A stretch of DNA of 64,000 nucleotides from NCBI GenBank assembly GCA_042571645.1, contig JBHPFW010000001.1, positions 25,589-89,588 of the forward strand, read 5' to 3'. A program made the position numbers and the translations under genes. Shown here one piece after another: positions 9,660 to 18,347 of this stretch (position 1 is the stretch's first letter; each line of letters opens with the position of its first letter). The notes beneath the pieces were generated by a model that had not been told where the DNA came from, did no database searches, and saw only the letters and a program-made list of their open reading frames with translations. Source of the stretch: Nanobdellota archaeon. Lineage in GTDB: Archaea > Nanobdellota > Nanobdellia > Woesearchaeales > JBHPFW01.

Positions 9660-10994
9660 TTATTTGTTTTTACCCGTTCCCTTGCTTGAAGATTCTTCTT
9701 CATCTTCTGATTCATCTTCGTCTTCATCCTCAGTTTCAGACTCATCTTCATCTTCAGAATCTTCTTCATCACTGTCTTTGTCTTTCTTGGATTTACTCTC
9801 TGTTTCGGTCTCTGTATCTTCTTCAGATTCTTCTTCATCTACATCCTCAGCATCAGACTCATCTTCAGATTCTTCATCTTCAGTTTCTTCTTCATTACTG
9901 CTTTTGTCTTTCTTAGACTTGCCTTTTGATTTCTCTTCAACTTCAGACTCAATCTCTGCTTCGATCTCTTCAACTTCAGAATCTCCAACATCTTTCTTAG
10001 CTTTTATTTTAACTTTGATCTTGTTTTTCTTTACTTCAATTTGGGCATTAGCCTGGCCAGCTTCTTCAGCCATACCAGAAACCATTGCTTCAATTTGAGC
10101 TCGTTGTTCTTCTGAAAGCTTGCCTTTGATTTTAACTTCAATTTTGTTTTTTAGAACTTTTACATTCTCAACATGTTCTTGAAGTTCTTGCTGAATCTCA
10201 GTTACTTCTTCTAATTCACCTTCAGCATCACCATTGCCAATCTCAGAAATCTCTTCTTCTACTTCTTCAAGAATCTCATCATGCGCTTTTTGAGCTTTAG
10301 CAGCCTTGTCAAGCTTTTTCTGAGAAATCATGGATTGTACTTCAGCTAATCTTTCTTGAGCATGAGCTAATCCCTTTTTAGCTTTAGCAGCTTTATTGAA
10401 TGTTAAAGCCAAACTTATTCTCTCCATAGCTCTTTCTAAGCCGTATAATGGGCTATCAGGTGTGATTCCTGCTTCATCCTCAACTTCTGGTTCAAGCTCG
10501 ATTAATTCTTCTTCAGTTTCTTCTTCTGTTTCTCCCGCTTCGTCATCTGAACCATCTGTTTCTCCAGCTTCATCTGTACTATCATCAGATTCTTCATCAG
10601 AGGTTTCTTCTGAACTTTCATCTTCAGTTTCTTCTTCTAATTCTTCCTCTGTTTCATCTTCAACTTTGTCATCAGAACTTTCTTCATCTGTTTCTTCAGC
10701 TTCATCAGAGCTTTCGTCTGAATCATCTATTTCGTCAGATGTGTCATCTGTACTATCTCCAGAATCATCATCTGAACTTTCATCTTCAGAAGTTTCTTCT
10801 TCACTATCAGATGTGTCATCTGTGCTATCCCCTGACTCATCATCTGAGCTTTCATCATCTCCAGATTCAACAGTTATACCCTCATCTTCTGAAGATCCCT
10901 CATCACCATTAGTGGTGTCTTCTTGGGCTAGTGCTCCTGCAAATGCAGTAAGCATCATAATTAAAATCACAAAAATTGTTGTTATTTTTTTCAT
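9660..10994 (-). CDS. Secreted/anchored hyper-acidic protein with central helical (DUF5667-like) domain
   Basis: Signal/TM MKKITTIFVILIMMLTAFAGALA. Long D/E/S-rich tracts with internal DNA-level repeats. Central PDSPLYGLERAMERISLALTF...AKAKKGLAHAQERLAEV helical core. The track start (GTG 11009) was replaced by the ATG at 10994. Confidence 0.75.
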   Translation of the reverse strand: MKKITTIFVILIMMLTAFAGALAQEDTTNGDEGSSEDEGITVESGDDESSDDESGDSTDDTSDSEEETSEDESSDDDSGDSTDDTSDEIDDSDESSDEAEETDEESSDDKVEDETEEELEEETEDESSEETSDEESDDSTDEAGETDGSDDEAGETEEETEEELIELEPEVEDEAGITPDSPLYGLERAMERISLALTFNKAAKAKKGLAHAQERLAEVQSMISQKKLDKAAKAQKAHDEILEEVEEEISEIGNGDAEGELEEVTEIQQELQEHVENVKVLKNKIEVKIKGKLSEEQRAQIEAMVSGMAEEAGQANAQIEVKKNKIKVKIKAKKDVGDSEVEEIEAEIESEVEEKSKGKSKKDKSSNEEETEDEESEDESDAEDVDEEESEEDTETETESKSKKDKDSDEEDSEDEDESETEDEDEDESEDEEESSSKGTGKNK

Positions 10995-11095
10995 TTTTAT
11001 ATCCTCCACGGATTTGTTTATAGTAAATATGTTAATATATTAAAACCTTGCTATTAATGGTTTATTTCCTTTATTCTCTGAAATTTTATTATTAT

Positions 11096-11263
11096 TTATC
11101 CTGCAACTCCGAAATACCGGGATTTCAGGGTTATTAAGCCACCAAATACCTTTTGCTTGGATTCTATCATCATAAAACCCTTAAGTCTCTCCCTAGCCCA
11201 ATTTTCAACCCTTTTTCCCATTGTGATCAACTCCATTTTGGCTGTAATCCTTGTTTTCTTCAT
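11096..11263 (-). CDS. Possible small ORF (55 aa) below ORF-track cutoff
   Basis: Own translation of the minus strand: MKKTRITAKMELITMGKRVENWARERLKGFMMIESKQKVFGGLITLKSRYFGVAG, stop TAA. No family recognised; it sits in an unusually long intergenic gap. Confidence 0.2.
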   Translation of the reverse strand: MKKTRITAKMELITMGKRVENWARERLKGFMMIESKQKVFGGLITLKSRYFGVAG

Positions 11264-11336
11264 TTTAGTTATTTTTGGTTATATGTCCGTATACAATGTA
11301 TTTTTGTCATTTGTCATATTTTTATGAGTTTTAATA

Positions 11337-11480
11337 GGGCTCACCAAAAAAGGTAAGCCCAGAGGTCTTTGAGGGTGGGTATGTACCAACAAGCACATAA
11401 AGTGGCTTATCGATAATAAACCACAAAACCCTTATTGGCAAGAAAGTAGTTAATTATTATCTTATAAACTCTAGCTTTAA
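11337..11480. repeat. Intergenic repeat, copy c
   Basis: GGGCTCACC-N6-GGTAAGCCC, then GGTCTTTGAGGGTGGGTATGTAC, ending in GTAGTTAATTATTA. Same order and orientation as 9318-9465. Confidence 0.55.
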
Positions 11481-11529
11481 GTTAGATTAGAAAGGCTTCT
11501 AATATCCTTAGTAGTTCGGGATTGTTCAT

Positions 11530-12414
11530 TTATAGTTCTTTAAGAAAAACAAGGTTTTTTTTGCCTCTTTTTTCCTTATGAATGACTTTACGCTCTTCTA
11601 GCTCCTTGAGAAGCCCGGAAATCTTGGCTTTAGAAAATCCAGTTATAACTCTTAAGGTTCCTTGTTCTACCTGACCTTCTCTCTGCTTTAAGATATTCAC
11701 TATCTGCTCTTCATCCTCTTTAAGATGCTTCTCCACCATATCTACAGTTTCCTTGACTATTTCCTTTTCTCTGATTACTTTTGGTTTTCTTAAGATTAAA
11801 AAACCTATAATAAGACCTGATAGAATGATGATAAATGTGAATGCCAATAAACCAACTCCTTTTTTCGGTGTTTCATATAGCACTAGTAGAGAAATCTCTT
11901 CATCTTTGCCAAGATAACCAAAATCCCACTCCAGCACCAAACTTCTACCATCAGAACTTATGCTATCTGCTGCTGGAAACATATTCTTTTGGTTTTTAGT
12001 CTTTCTTAAATAGGCTTCTTCTGGCAGACTTAGTTCTATATTTAGCTCATTAATAGTTATGATGGGCTTTAAGCCAATAACAAAACTTTCTTTGTCTAAG
12101 TAGTATTTTGTGTTGAATGTATATCTTATTGAGGTTATATTTTCAGCATTTACTGTTGTTGTTTTCTCCTTGCCATATAGATTATTATCAAGATAAAGGG
12201 AAAAAGCACTTGCATCAGAGGGTATATTAAGGTTAAAAGGCCCTGAAAAAGATTCACTGAATTTCACTGTTTTATCTACCACCACAACATCATCAACAAT
12301 ATAAAATTTAGATGTTTGTTCAGTATATTGTTCTGCAGTCACAGAATTAACTAATAGTATAATTAGAAATATGCTGATAGATAAAATTCTAGAGATTTTT
12401 GCTTGCAATGCCAT
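11530..12414 (-). CDS. Membrane-anchored protein with C-terminal cytoplasmic winged-helix DNA-binding domain
   Basis: N-terminal signal/TM, extracytoplasmic domain, TM (GLLAFTFIIILSGLIIGFLIL), then a MarR/TrmB-like wHTH (EEQIVNILKQREGQVEQGTLRVITGFSKAKISGLLKELEERKVI). Confidence 0.65.
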   Translation of the reverse strand: MALQAKISRILSISIFLIILLVNSVTAEQYTEQTSKFYIVDDVVVVDKTVKFSESFSGPFNLNIPSDASAFSLYLDNNLYGKEKTTTVNAENITSIRYTFNTKYYLDKESFVIGLKPIITINELNIELSLPEEAYLRKTKNQKNMFPAADSISSDGRSLVLEWDFGYLGKDEEISLLVLYETPKKGVGLLAFTFIIILSGLIIGFLILRKPKVIREKEIVKETVDMVEKHLKEDEEQIVNILKQREGQVEQGTLRVITGFSKAKISGLLKELEERKVIHKEKRGKKNLVFLKEL

Positions 12415-12526
12415 GTTTTTATGGGTATTTTGAGCAATTATATAAATTTGTTGGAGAAAAAGCTCTGCAAAAACTTGTCTTAGTGCTTACTGAACCTCTT
12501 AATGATAAAGTAGATCACATTAAAAG

Positions 12527-13537
12527 TCATATAATTCTTGTTCCTTGGTCAGATACTCTTGTGATTATGCTAAAAGTCTCAATACCTCTGCAATTGAAGA
12601 CTTTTTCCATGCTCTTCTGTATATCTAATGCTATTTTAATGTCATTTGTAGCTGCAAAAACACTTGGTCCTGAACCGCTTATTGAAAAAGCTGATGCTCC
12701 AACATCTAATGCTGCTGTTTTAACTTCATTAAAGCCTGGAATTAACTTTGCTCTGAAAGGCTCAACAACATTATCAACCATGTTTTTTGCAGCAAGCTCG
12801 AAATTGTTATTTTTTATAGCGCTTATAAGATTCTGTAAATTTTCCTCATTTCTATTTTTATCTTCTTCTTTTATTTCATCCCATTTTATTATATCTCTGG
12901 CTTCCTCTGTTCTAATCTCAATATCTGGCTTTACTACAACAAAAATTAAGTCATTCACTATACCTAATTTATCAATACCTAATGGATTGCTGCTGGTTAT
13001 ATTTACAAAGCCCCCAAATAAACATGGTGCTAGATTGTCTGCGTGTTTTCCTGGTTCCAAATTGATCCCAATCTCCAGTAACTTTTCTTTGCTTAATTTA
13101 TTTCCGAAAAGTTCATTTGCTGCAACTAGTCCAGCACAGATACTAGCTGAACTACTGCCTAAACCAGAACCAACTGGCAGTCCCTTATGAAGAACTAACT
13201 CAACACCTTCGTCTATATTTAATTCATCCATTATTGCTTTTACTGCTATTGAAGCAAGATTTTCATTGGAATCTTCTGAAACTCTTCCTTTTTCTGCAAA
13301 TACTTTTAGTTTAATGGTTTTCTCGTGAAGTTTTCTTGCCTGCAGAATATCTCCTGGACCTTGTAAACAAGCACCCAATACATCAAATCCTGGCCCGCAA
13401 TTTCCTATTGTCGCAGGAGAAAACACAGTCACATACTCACTACCTGCATCATTGTCTTTTAAGATCAATTTTCTAAGATCAACTTTTTCTTCTGCAAAAT
13501 TCATTAATTCCATTTTATCATCAGTTCCTGGATTCAC
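12527..13537 (-). CDS. thrB: Homoserine kinase
   Basis: GHMP kinase motif GLPVGSGLGSSSAS, N-terminal PATIGNCGPGFDVLG. The GTG start overlaps the upstream stop (GTGA). Confidence 0.85.
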   Translation of the reverse strand: MNPGTDDKMELMNFAEEKVDLRKLILKDNDAGSEYVTVFSPATIGNCGPGFDVLGACLQGPGDILQARKLHEKTIKLKVFAEKGRVSEDSNENLASIAVKAIMDELNIDEGVELVLHKGLPVGSGLGSSSASICAGLVAANELFGNKLSKEKLLEIGINLEPGKHADNLAPCLFGGFVNITSSNPLGIDKLGIVNDLIFVVVKPDIEIRTEEARDIIKWDEIKEEDKNRNEENLQNLISAIKNNNFELAAKNMVDNVVEPFRAKLIPGFNEVKTAALDVGASAFSISGSGPSVFAATNDIKIALDIQKSMEKVFNCRGIETFSIITRVSDQGTRII

Positions 13538-14328
13538 CCATATAACTCAAATAATATCTTAGCTCCTAATTTTGAGGTCATATCTCCCTGATCTTTTTTT
13601 GGATTTATCTCAACTAGATCTATCTGCTTTAAATTTTTTAGTTTTTTTAATCTTTGGAGGAAATATAATAATTCTCTTGATGACAAGCCACCTGGCTCAC
13701 AATAACCTGTACCTGGAGCAAATGCCGGATCAACTGCATCTATATCAATTGAAAGATATAATGATGGAAAATTCCTAGATAATTCCATTAAACTATCGCA
13801 TACTTCTGTAATTCCATCTTCAAAGATTCTTTTCATAGTAAAACAGGCCATATTGTTTAAAGTTATGAATTCTTTTTCCTGGCCTTCCCAATTTCTGATA
13901 CCAACTAAAATTACTTTTTTTGGATCGATCAGTTTTTCATCAATAAGCATTCTAAGATAATCCTCTTGTGTGGGAGTTCCAGAACTTGACATTAAATCAG
14001 GATGAGCATCAAACACAATAACACCCGCTCCCGGATTATTTTGGAAGAATGCTTTCATTAAACCATAACTTACTGAATGATCTCCGCCTAGAAATATTGC
14101 TTTTTCATTGTTTTGATTAACTTTTTTGCTGGATTCATATATTTTCTTTTGGCTTTCCTCAATATTATTCTCATCAAGTTCTAATGCTTCAATCTCAAAC
14201 TTTGGCTTTAAACCATCTTCATTTACAAATAACTCATCAAACTGCTCAATAATCTTATCTGGTGCTAAGTTTGCTCCATTACCATGTCCTAACCCGCCAC
14301 CTGAAAAGGGTATTTTGATGATTTTCAT
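13534..14328 (-). CDS. Arginase/agmatinase/formiminoglutamase-family ureohydrolase (short form)
   Basis: Mn-binding motifs GGDHSVSYG, VFDAHPDL, SIDIDAVDPAFAPGTG. 264 aa. Confidence 0.8.
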   Translation of the reverse strand: MKIIKIPFSGGGLGHGNGANLAPDKIIEQFDELFVNEDGLKPKFEIEALELDENNIEESQKKIYESSKKVNQNNEKAIFLGGDHSVSYGLMKAFFQNNPGAGVIVFDAHPDLMSSSGTPTQEDYLRMLIDEKLIDPKKVILVGIRNWEGQEKEFITLNNMACFTMKRIFEDGITEVCDSLMELSRNFPSLYLSIDIDAVDPAFAPGTGYCEPGGLSSRELLYFLQRLKKLKNLKQIDLVEINPKKDQGDMTSKLGAKILFELYG

Positions 14329-14477
14329 GCTTCAGGTAAGTTCATAGAGTTTTATAAAGGTTCTTCAATAAGAATTATTTTCAATATAGAATATAATTCA
14401 TTTTGGCTTAATTCTGCTAAAATTTTATAAATACAGCCAAAATCCCTTAATTAAGACTAATTAAGGAGTGACTTAAC

Positions 14478-14672
14478 ATGGGAAGAATAAAGACATCATT
14501 GGTCAAACGAATTACAAACGAAGCAATAGCAGCTCATCCAGATGAAGCTAGCAAAGAATTTGAAAAGAACAAAGCTTTTGTACAAGCATCTACAACTGTA
14601 ATGTCCAAAAAAATGAGAAATGTTATTGCAGGGTATGTGACAAGACAAAAAAAGAATGCCAAAGAATACTAA
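14478..14672 (+). CDS. rps17e: Ribosomal protein eS17
   Basis: MGRIKTSLVKRIT N-terminus, 64 aa, SD AAGGAGTGA upstream. Confidence 0.9.
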   Translation: MGRIKTSLVKRITNEAIAAHPDEASKEFEKNKAFVQASTTVMSKKMRNVIAGYVTRQKKNAKEY

Positions 14673-14748
14673 TATATGTATCAGTGAATTTATTTTCTTT
14701 AGTTAACATAAAACAAAAAGACAACAAGGAACCGTGGGGGTGACAGAC

Positions 14749-15039
14749 ATGTCAGAAGAAAAAGCAGATAACTCTATTTTTGTTGGTGAGAGACCATTTA
14801 TGAATTATGTGACAGGAGTAGTGATGCAATTTACAACAAAAAACGCAAGTGAAGTGATTATCAAAGCCAGAGGAAAATTCATTTCCCGAGCAGTAGATAT
14901 CGCAGAGGTTACAAGAAAAAGATTTCTAACAGATTCATTAGATATAAAGAACATAGCGATTGACAGCGAAGACTTCCAAAACAAAGAAGGCAAAGAAGTC
15001 AGAGTCAGTACAATCGAGATTACGCTTGGAAAGAGATAA
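14749..15039 (+). CDS. albA: DNA/RNA-binding protein Alba
   Basis: IFVGERPFMNYVTGVVMQF...VIIKARGKFISRAVDIAEV. The track start (GTG 14734) was moved to the ATG at 14749. Confidence 0.9.
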   Translation: MSEEKADNSIFVGERPFMNYVTGVVMQFTTKNASEVIIKARGKFISRAVDIAEVTRKRFLTDSLDIKNIAIDSEDFQNKEGKEVRVSTIEITLGKR

Positions 15040-15064
15040 AACTTAAATTATTTTAAATTATTAT

Positions 15065-15490
15065 TTATTCACCAATAATCTTAACCATAACTCTTTTCTT
15101 TCTCATACCATCAAACTCAGCATAATATATTTGTTCCCACGGACCAAAATCCAATTGGCCTTTAGTTATTGCACAAGTAACTTCTCTGCCCATAATTGTT
15201 CTCCACAAATGTGCATAACCATTATCTTCTCCAGTTTGATGATGTCTGTAATCTTTCTTTTGCGGAGCGAGTTTCTCCAACCATTCCTGAAAATCCGCAA
15301 TCAAACCAGATTCTGCATCATTTATGTAAACAGAAGCAGTAATGTGCATTGCATTAACCAAAACAAAGCCTTCTTTTATCCCAGCTTCATCAATGCATTC
15401 CTGAACATCATCAGTTATGTTGATGAATTCATGTCTTTTGCTTGTATTAAACTGTAAATGTTTTGTATATGATTTCATAGGAAATAGCAT
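15065..15490 (-). CDS. YjbQ/UPF0047 family protein (secondary thiamine-phosphate synthase-like)
   Basis: [43 protein letters not shown]. Confidence 0.85.
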   Translation of the reverse strand: MLFPMKSYTKHLQFNTSKRHEFINITDDVQECIDEAGIKEGFVLVNAMHITASVYINDAESGLIADFQEWLEKLAPQKKDYRHHQTGEDNGYAHLWRTIMGREVTCAITKGQLDFGPWEQIYYAEFDGMRKKRVMVKIIGE

Positions 15491-15638
15491 TTTTTGGTTA
15501 TTTTTAATTTTTTCCCATACCCTTTAAAGTGGCCATATTGGCTAATTTCGACAAATATTGCCAAAGAACATATTAACTACTTATAAGTGATTAAAAATAG
15601 AAAGGTTTATATAGTAGAAGTACAAATCAATAGCCAAT

Positions 15639-16373
15639 ATGACTCCTTCACCTGAAAACATCGCAGATGCAGTAAGTACAAGTCAAGACTTTCTTCCAGC
15701 AAGAGAAGAATTTATTACTAATTTTCCTACTCCAGAACTATCAATTGCAAACGCACCTGGAAAAGCTATTGATAGTGTAATAAGCGCACTTGAAGATACC
15801 GCTTTCAATTTGGGCGTTGACAGTTATTCTGTTGCAGAAAAGATTGGGTGGCGACCAAAAGAAGTTGAAGAAATGTACAATGCCGCATTAGCAGGTGCAG
15901 GACTTATTGCAGGATTTGTCGGATTGGCAGCAGCCCTTCACGTATATGCCCATCGTGAAGAACTGGCTTCTAAAACTAGTAAAGCAACAAAAAAATATTT
16001 TACAAAATTAACAGACGCAGCTTACGCAATAGCTCAGGGTAAAGAATTAATTCCTAAAGCAAGTAAAGCAGCAGAAAAATACCTCGCAAGAAATGAAAAA
16101 TTGTTTCTATGGAACCAACAACGAAAGTATGAAAATAAGTTCTCAGATAATAGAGAAGAAAGAAGAAAATATAGACAATTTGAAGGAAAGATAAATAAAC
16201 TTTTTGGTTATTGTTCGAATGGAACGCAAAAAACAGTTGCAAGAGGAATAATAGTAAATGCGATTGAATCTGAAAATCCTTATGCAACACTTAGCTCTGC
16301 TGTGAGAGAAATAAATCCTAATATGAGCACAAGTGAAATGAAAACTATTGCTCATAAATATATTAGTAATTAA
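15639..16373 (+). CDS. Hypothetical protein with one central hydrophobic segment
   Basis: 244-aa ORF with ATG start and an AALAGAGLIAGFVGLAAAL segment. No family recognised. Confidence 0.5.
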   Translation: MTPSPENIADAVSTSQDFLPAREEFITNFPTPELSIANAPGKAIDSVISALEDTAFNLGVDSYSVAEKIGWRPKEVEEMYNAALAGAGLIAGFVGLAAALHVYAHREELASKTSKATKKYFTKLTDAAYAIAQGKELIPKASKAAEKYLARNEKLFLWNQQRKYENKFSDNREERRKYRQFEGKINKLFGYCSNGTQKTVARGIIVNAIESENPYATLSSAVREINPNMSTSEMKTIAHKYISN

Positions 16374-16408
16374 ATATTCTTTTTAGTGAATTAATTCTTA
16401 GAATAATA

Positions 16409-17146
16409 TCAAAACCCATCCAATTTCCTTTGCTTTTTATCATGCCTTTCTAAATACTTGGGAGGGTTAATTGCTCTGAATTCAAAACCAAAATCATTTA
16501 GCATTTTTTCTGTGTTTTTGGAAATCTTTGGTGCAACCAATATTCCTCTGACTTTGTCTAAGCCTTTTGCTTTCTTAATCTTTTCCACATACCTACGCAA
16601 TTGACTTACTGCTTTCAGATCTCCTTGGAATCTTTTGCATTCAATAACAACTAAGGCATTATCTTTATCATAACCAAACACATCAATAAAACCATACTTA
16701 GTGTGTTCTTCTCTTGTTAATGGTTTAAAACCATCTTCAATTAAATTTGGATCATTGAATATCATGTCAGCCATATCTTTTTCTGAACCAGCTAACTGAA
16801 TTTTCTGATCATCTTCTAATGGATGAGTATTAAGAAAATGTATTTCTTTTATCTTAAGATCCAAATATTCCTTTAATCCTAAATTTTTTGTTTTAAACAA
16901 AATATGATCTTTATTAATTTCCAAATCAAAACTGCAGCCTTCTTTCATATAATTTATAGGGGTATTTCCTTTTGGCTGGTGTATCAGCAAAGTATTATCT
17001 GCTTTTATTATTACAACTCTATCTCCTACTGGAAGAAAACTCTCTGCTCTGCCAGAATAAACAACTTCACAATTACATCCAAAAACTACTGTTTCATTTC
17101 TGGCTATAGCTTCCTGAATAGTATCACTAAATTTATTGAACTCCAA
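16409..17146 (-). CDS. nucS: Endonuclease NucS/EndoMS
   Basis: N-terminal beta-barrel region (GDRVVIIKADNTLLIHQP) and a C-terminal RecB-like nuclease core (GFIDVFGYDKDNALVVIECKR). Apparent TTG start. Confidence 0.9.
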   Translation of the reverse strand: MEFNKFSDTIQEAIARNETVVFGCNCEVVYSGRAESFLPVGDRVVIIKADNTLLIHQPKGNTPINYMKEGCSFDLEINKDHILFKTKNLGLKEYLDLKIKEIHFLNTHPLEDDQKIQLAGSEKDMADMIFNDPNLIEDGFKPLTREEHTKYGFIDVFGYDKDNALVVIECKRFQGDLKAVSQLRRYVEKIKKAKGLDKVRGILVAPKISKNTEKMLNDFGFEFRAINPPKYLERHDKKQRKLDGF

Positions 17147-17370
17147 TGCAATGCCCCCAATTATGCGAATCTTTCCGCTAGTCTAAAAGGCTTGAGAAGG
17201 GTTTTTTAAAGTTTGCTGTAAATTCTTAATATTTCTTAAAAGAATATTGGTTTCTAATTGATTTAAAAGAATGAATCACCCCTTATCCGCTAAAAGTTAA
17301 TTTAAAAGATCAATGCACATTACAAAAGAACATACAAAGTTTTATTAAAGGTCCTAAAATAAAAGTATAA

Positions 17371-18081
17371 ATGCAAAGAACATATTTTCCGCCGAGAGTG
17401 CCAGAAATAAAAAGTAGATTGCTGGATGAAGCTTATATAGAAATCTATAAATCTAGAGCGGATATTATAAAACAATTCGATACTGGACAAGCATGTTTTA
17501 TGGGCGGGTCTATTGATTATAATCCCGGTCTGATTCTGGATGTAGCATGTGGATGCGGCGGTTCTTCTTATAATATAGCGAAGAAATTCCCTGATTCAGA
17601 AGTAATTGGAATAGACAAGGACGAATCAGCTCTAGAAGTTGCAAATGAACTTTTTAGTGATCTTGAAAATATAAGCTTTGAGTCAGGAAATGTTTATGAC
17701 TTAAAAAGATATCGAGGTGCCGCAAGCATAGTAAGTGTTCTTAACTCCTTACATCATTTTAACAATTTGAGGTTAGCATTAAAACAAATTTATGATTCCT
17801 TGCAGCAAGGAGGAGAGTTCTTCTTCCAGGATTTGGATCGTATGGCGCAAGATAGTTTTTTGGAAAAAATGGTTATTGGCGGCTATATTCTTTCAAGAAT
17901 ACTAATCCCTGATAAGGTATACTTAAAATTGGTTAAAAGGGATGCCCTTTTTTTAAGCCTTTTATCCTCTGTAGCTGCTTATACCCCTTTAGAAATTAAA
18001 CGTGCCCTCGAAAAAGAGAATTTTTCTGTTAATTTTATTGAACCTATAGAAGAGTCATATAGAGGATTTGCCTCTAAGTAA
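17371..18081 (+). CDS. Class I SAM-dependent methyltransferase
   Basis: Motif I ILDVACGCGGSS, motif post-I GIDKDESAL. Confidence 0.75.
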   Translation: MQRTYFPPRVPEIKSRLLDEAYIEIYKSRADIIKQFDTGQACFMGGSIDYNPGLILDVACGCGGSSYNIAKKFPDSEVIGIDKDESALEVANELFSDLENISFESGNVYDLKRYRGAASIVSVLNSLHHFNNLRLALKQIYDSLQQGGEFFFQDLDRMAQDSFLEKMVIGGYILSRILIPDKVYLKLVKRDALFLSLLSSVAAYTPLEIKRALEKENFSVNFIEPIEESYRGFASK

Positions 18082-18093
18082 GTAAGAAATAAA

Positions 18094-18236
18094 TGAGCCC
18101 GAGAGGATTCGAACCCCTGACCTGCCGGTCCCTGGCCAGAGTTGCAATAGCAGACTCTTGAAGCCGGCCGTACTATTTGCCTTAAGGCAAACCCACAAAT
18201 CGCAGATTTGTTGTATCCAGACTATACTACGGGCCC
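18094..18236 (-). tRNA. tRNA with two introns (D-arm region about 41 nt; anticodon loop 28 nt). Best BHB fold gives tRNA-Arg(UCG)
   Basis: Read on the minus strand: acceptor GGGCCCG/CGGGCTC, D arm GTAT-AGTCTGG..TA-GTAC, anticodon stem GCCGG/CCGGC, variable AGGTC, T arm AGGGG-TTCGAAT-CCTCT, discriminator A. No encoded CCA. 143 nt = 74 + 41 + 28. Confidence 0.8.
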
Positions 18237-18347
18237 ATATTAGCTAGCATGATTGGGGTATTTAAAAGATTTATGGCGAAAATGGTCATTAAATCACCAA
18301 AAATCATGAGAAAACTTAAAAATAACCCCTTATTACCTTATTTAAAA

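Noticed and set aside
9664-11043. Long plus-strand ORFs (9664-10098, 9686-9916, 10396-11043) encoding Ser-rich or Leu/His-rich proteins
   Set aside because: They are antisense shadows of the D/E/S-rich minus-strand gene (GAx/TCx codon complementarity). They have no start context and no motifs.
12399-13190. 263-aa plus-strand ORF
   Set aside because: It is entirely antisense to thrB (GHMP kinase motifs lie on the minus strand) and has no recognisable motifs.
18094-18236. Possible selenocysteine or UGA-suppressor tRNA and UGA recoding
   Set aside because: The tRNA has a 7/5 acceptor/T-stem geometry and a 5-nt variable loop, which is not Sec-like. The strict BHB fold gives UCG. UGA clearly functions as a stop here: proS ends at the conserved C-terminal Tyr followed by TGA (27373-27375), and the giant gene ends TGA TAA (41800-41805). 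All conserved genes read through intact with the standard code.
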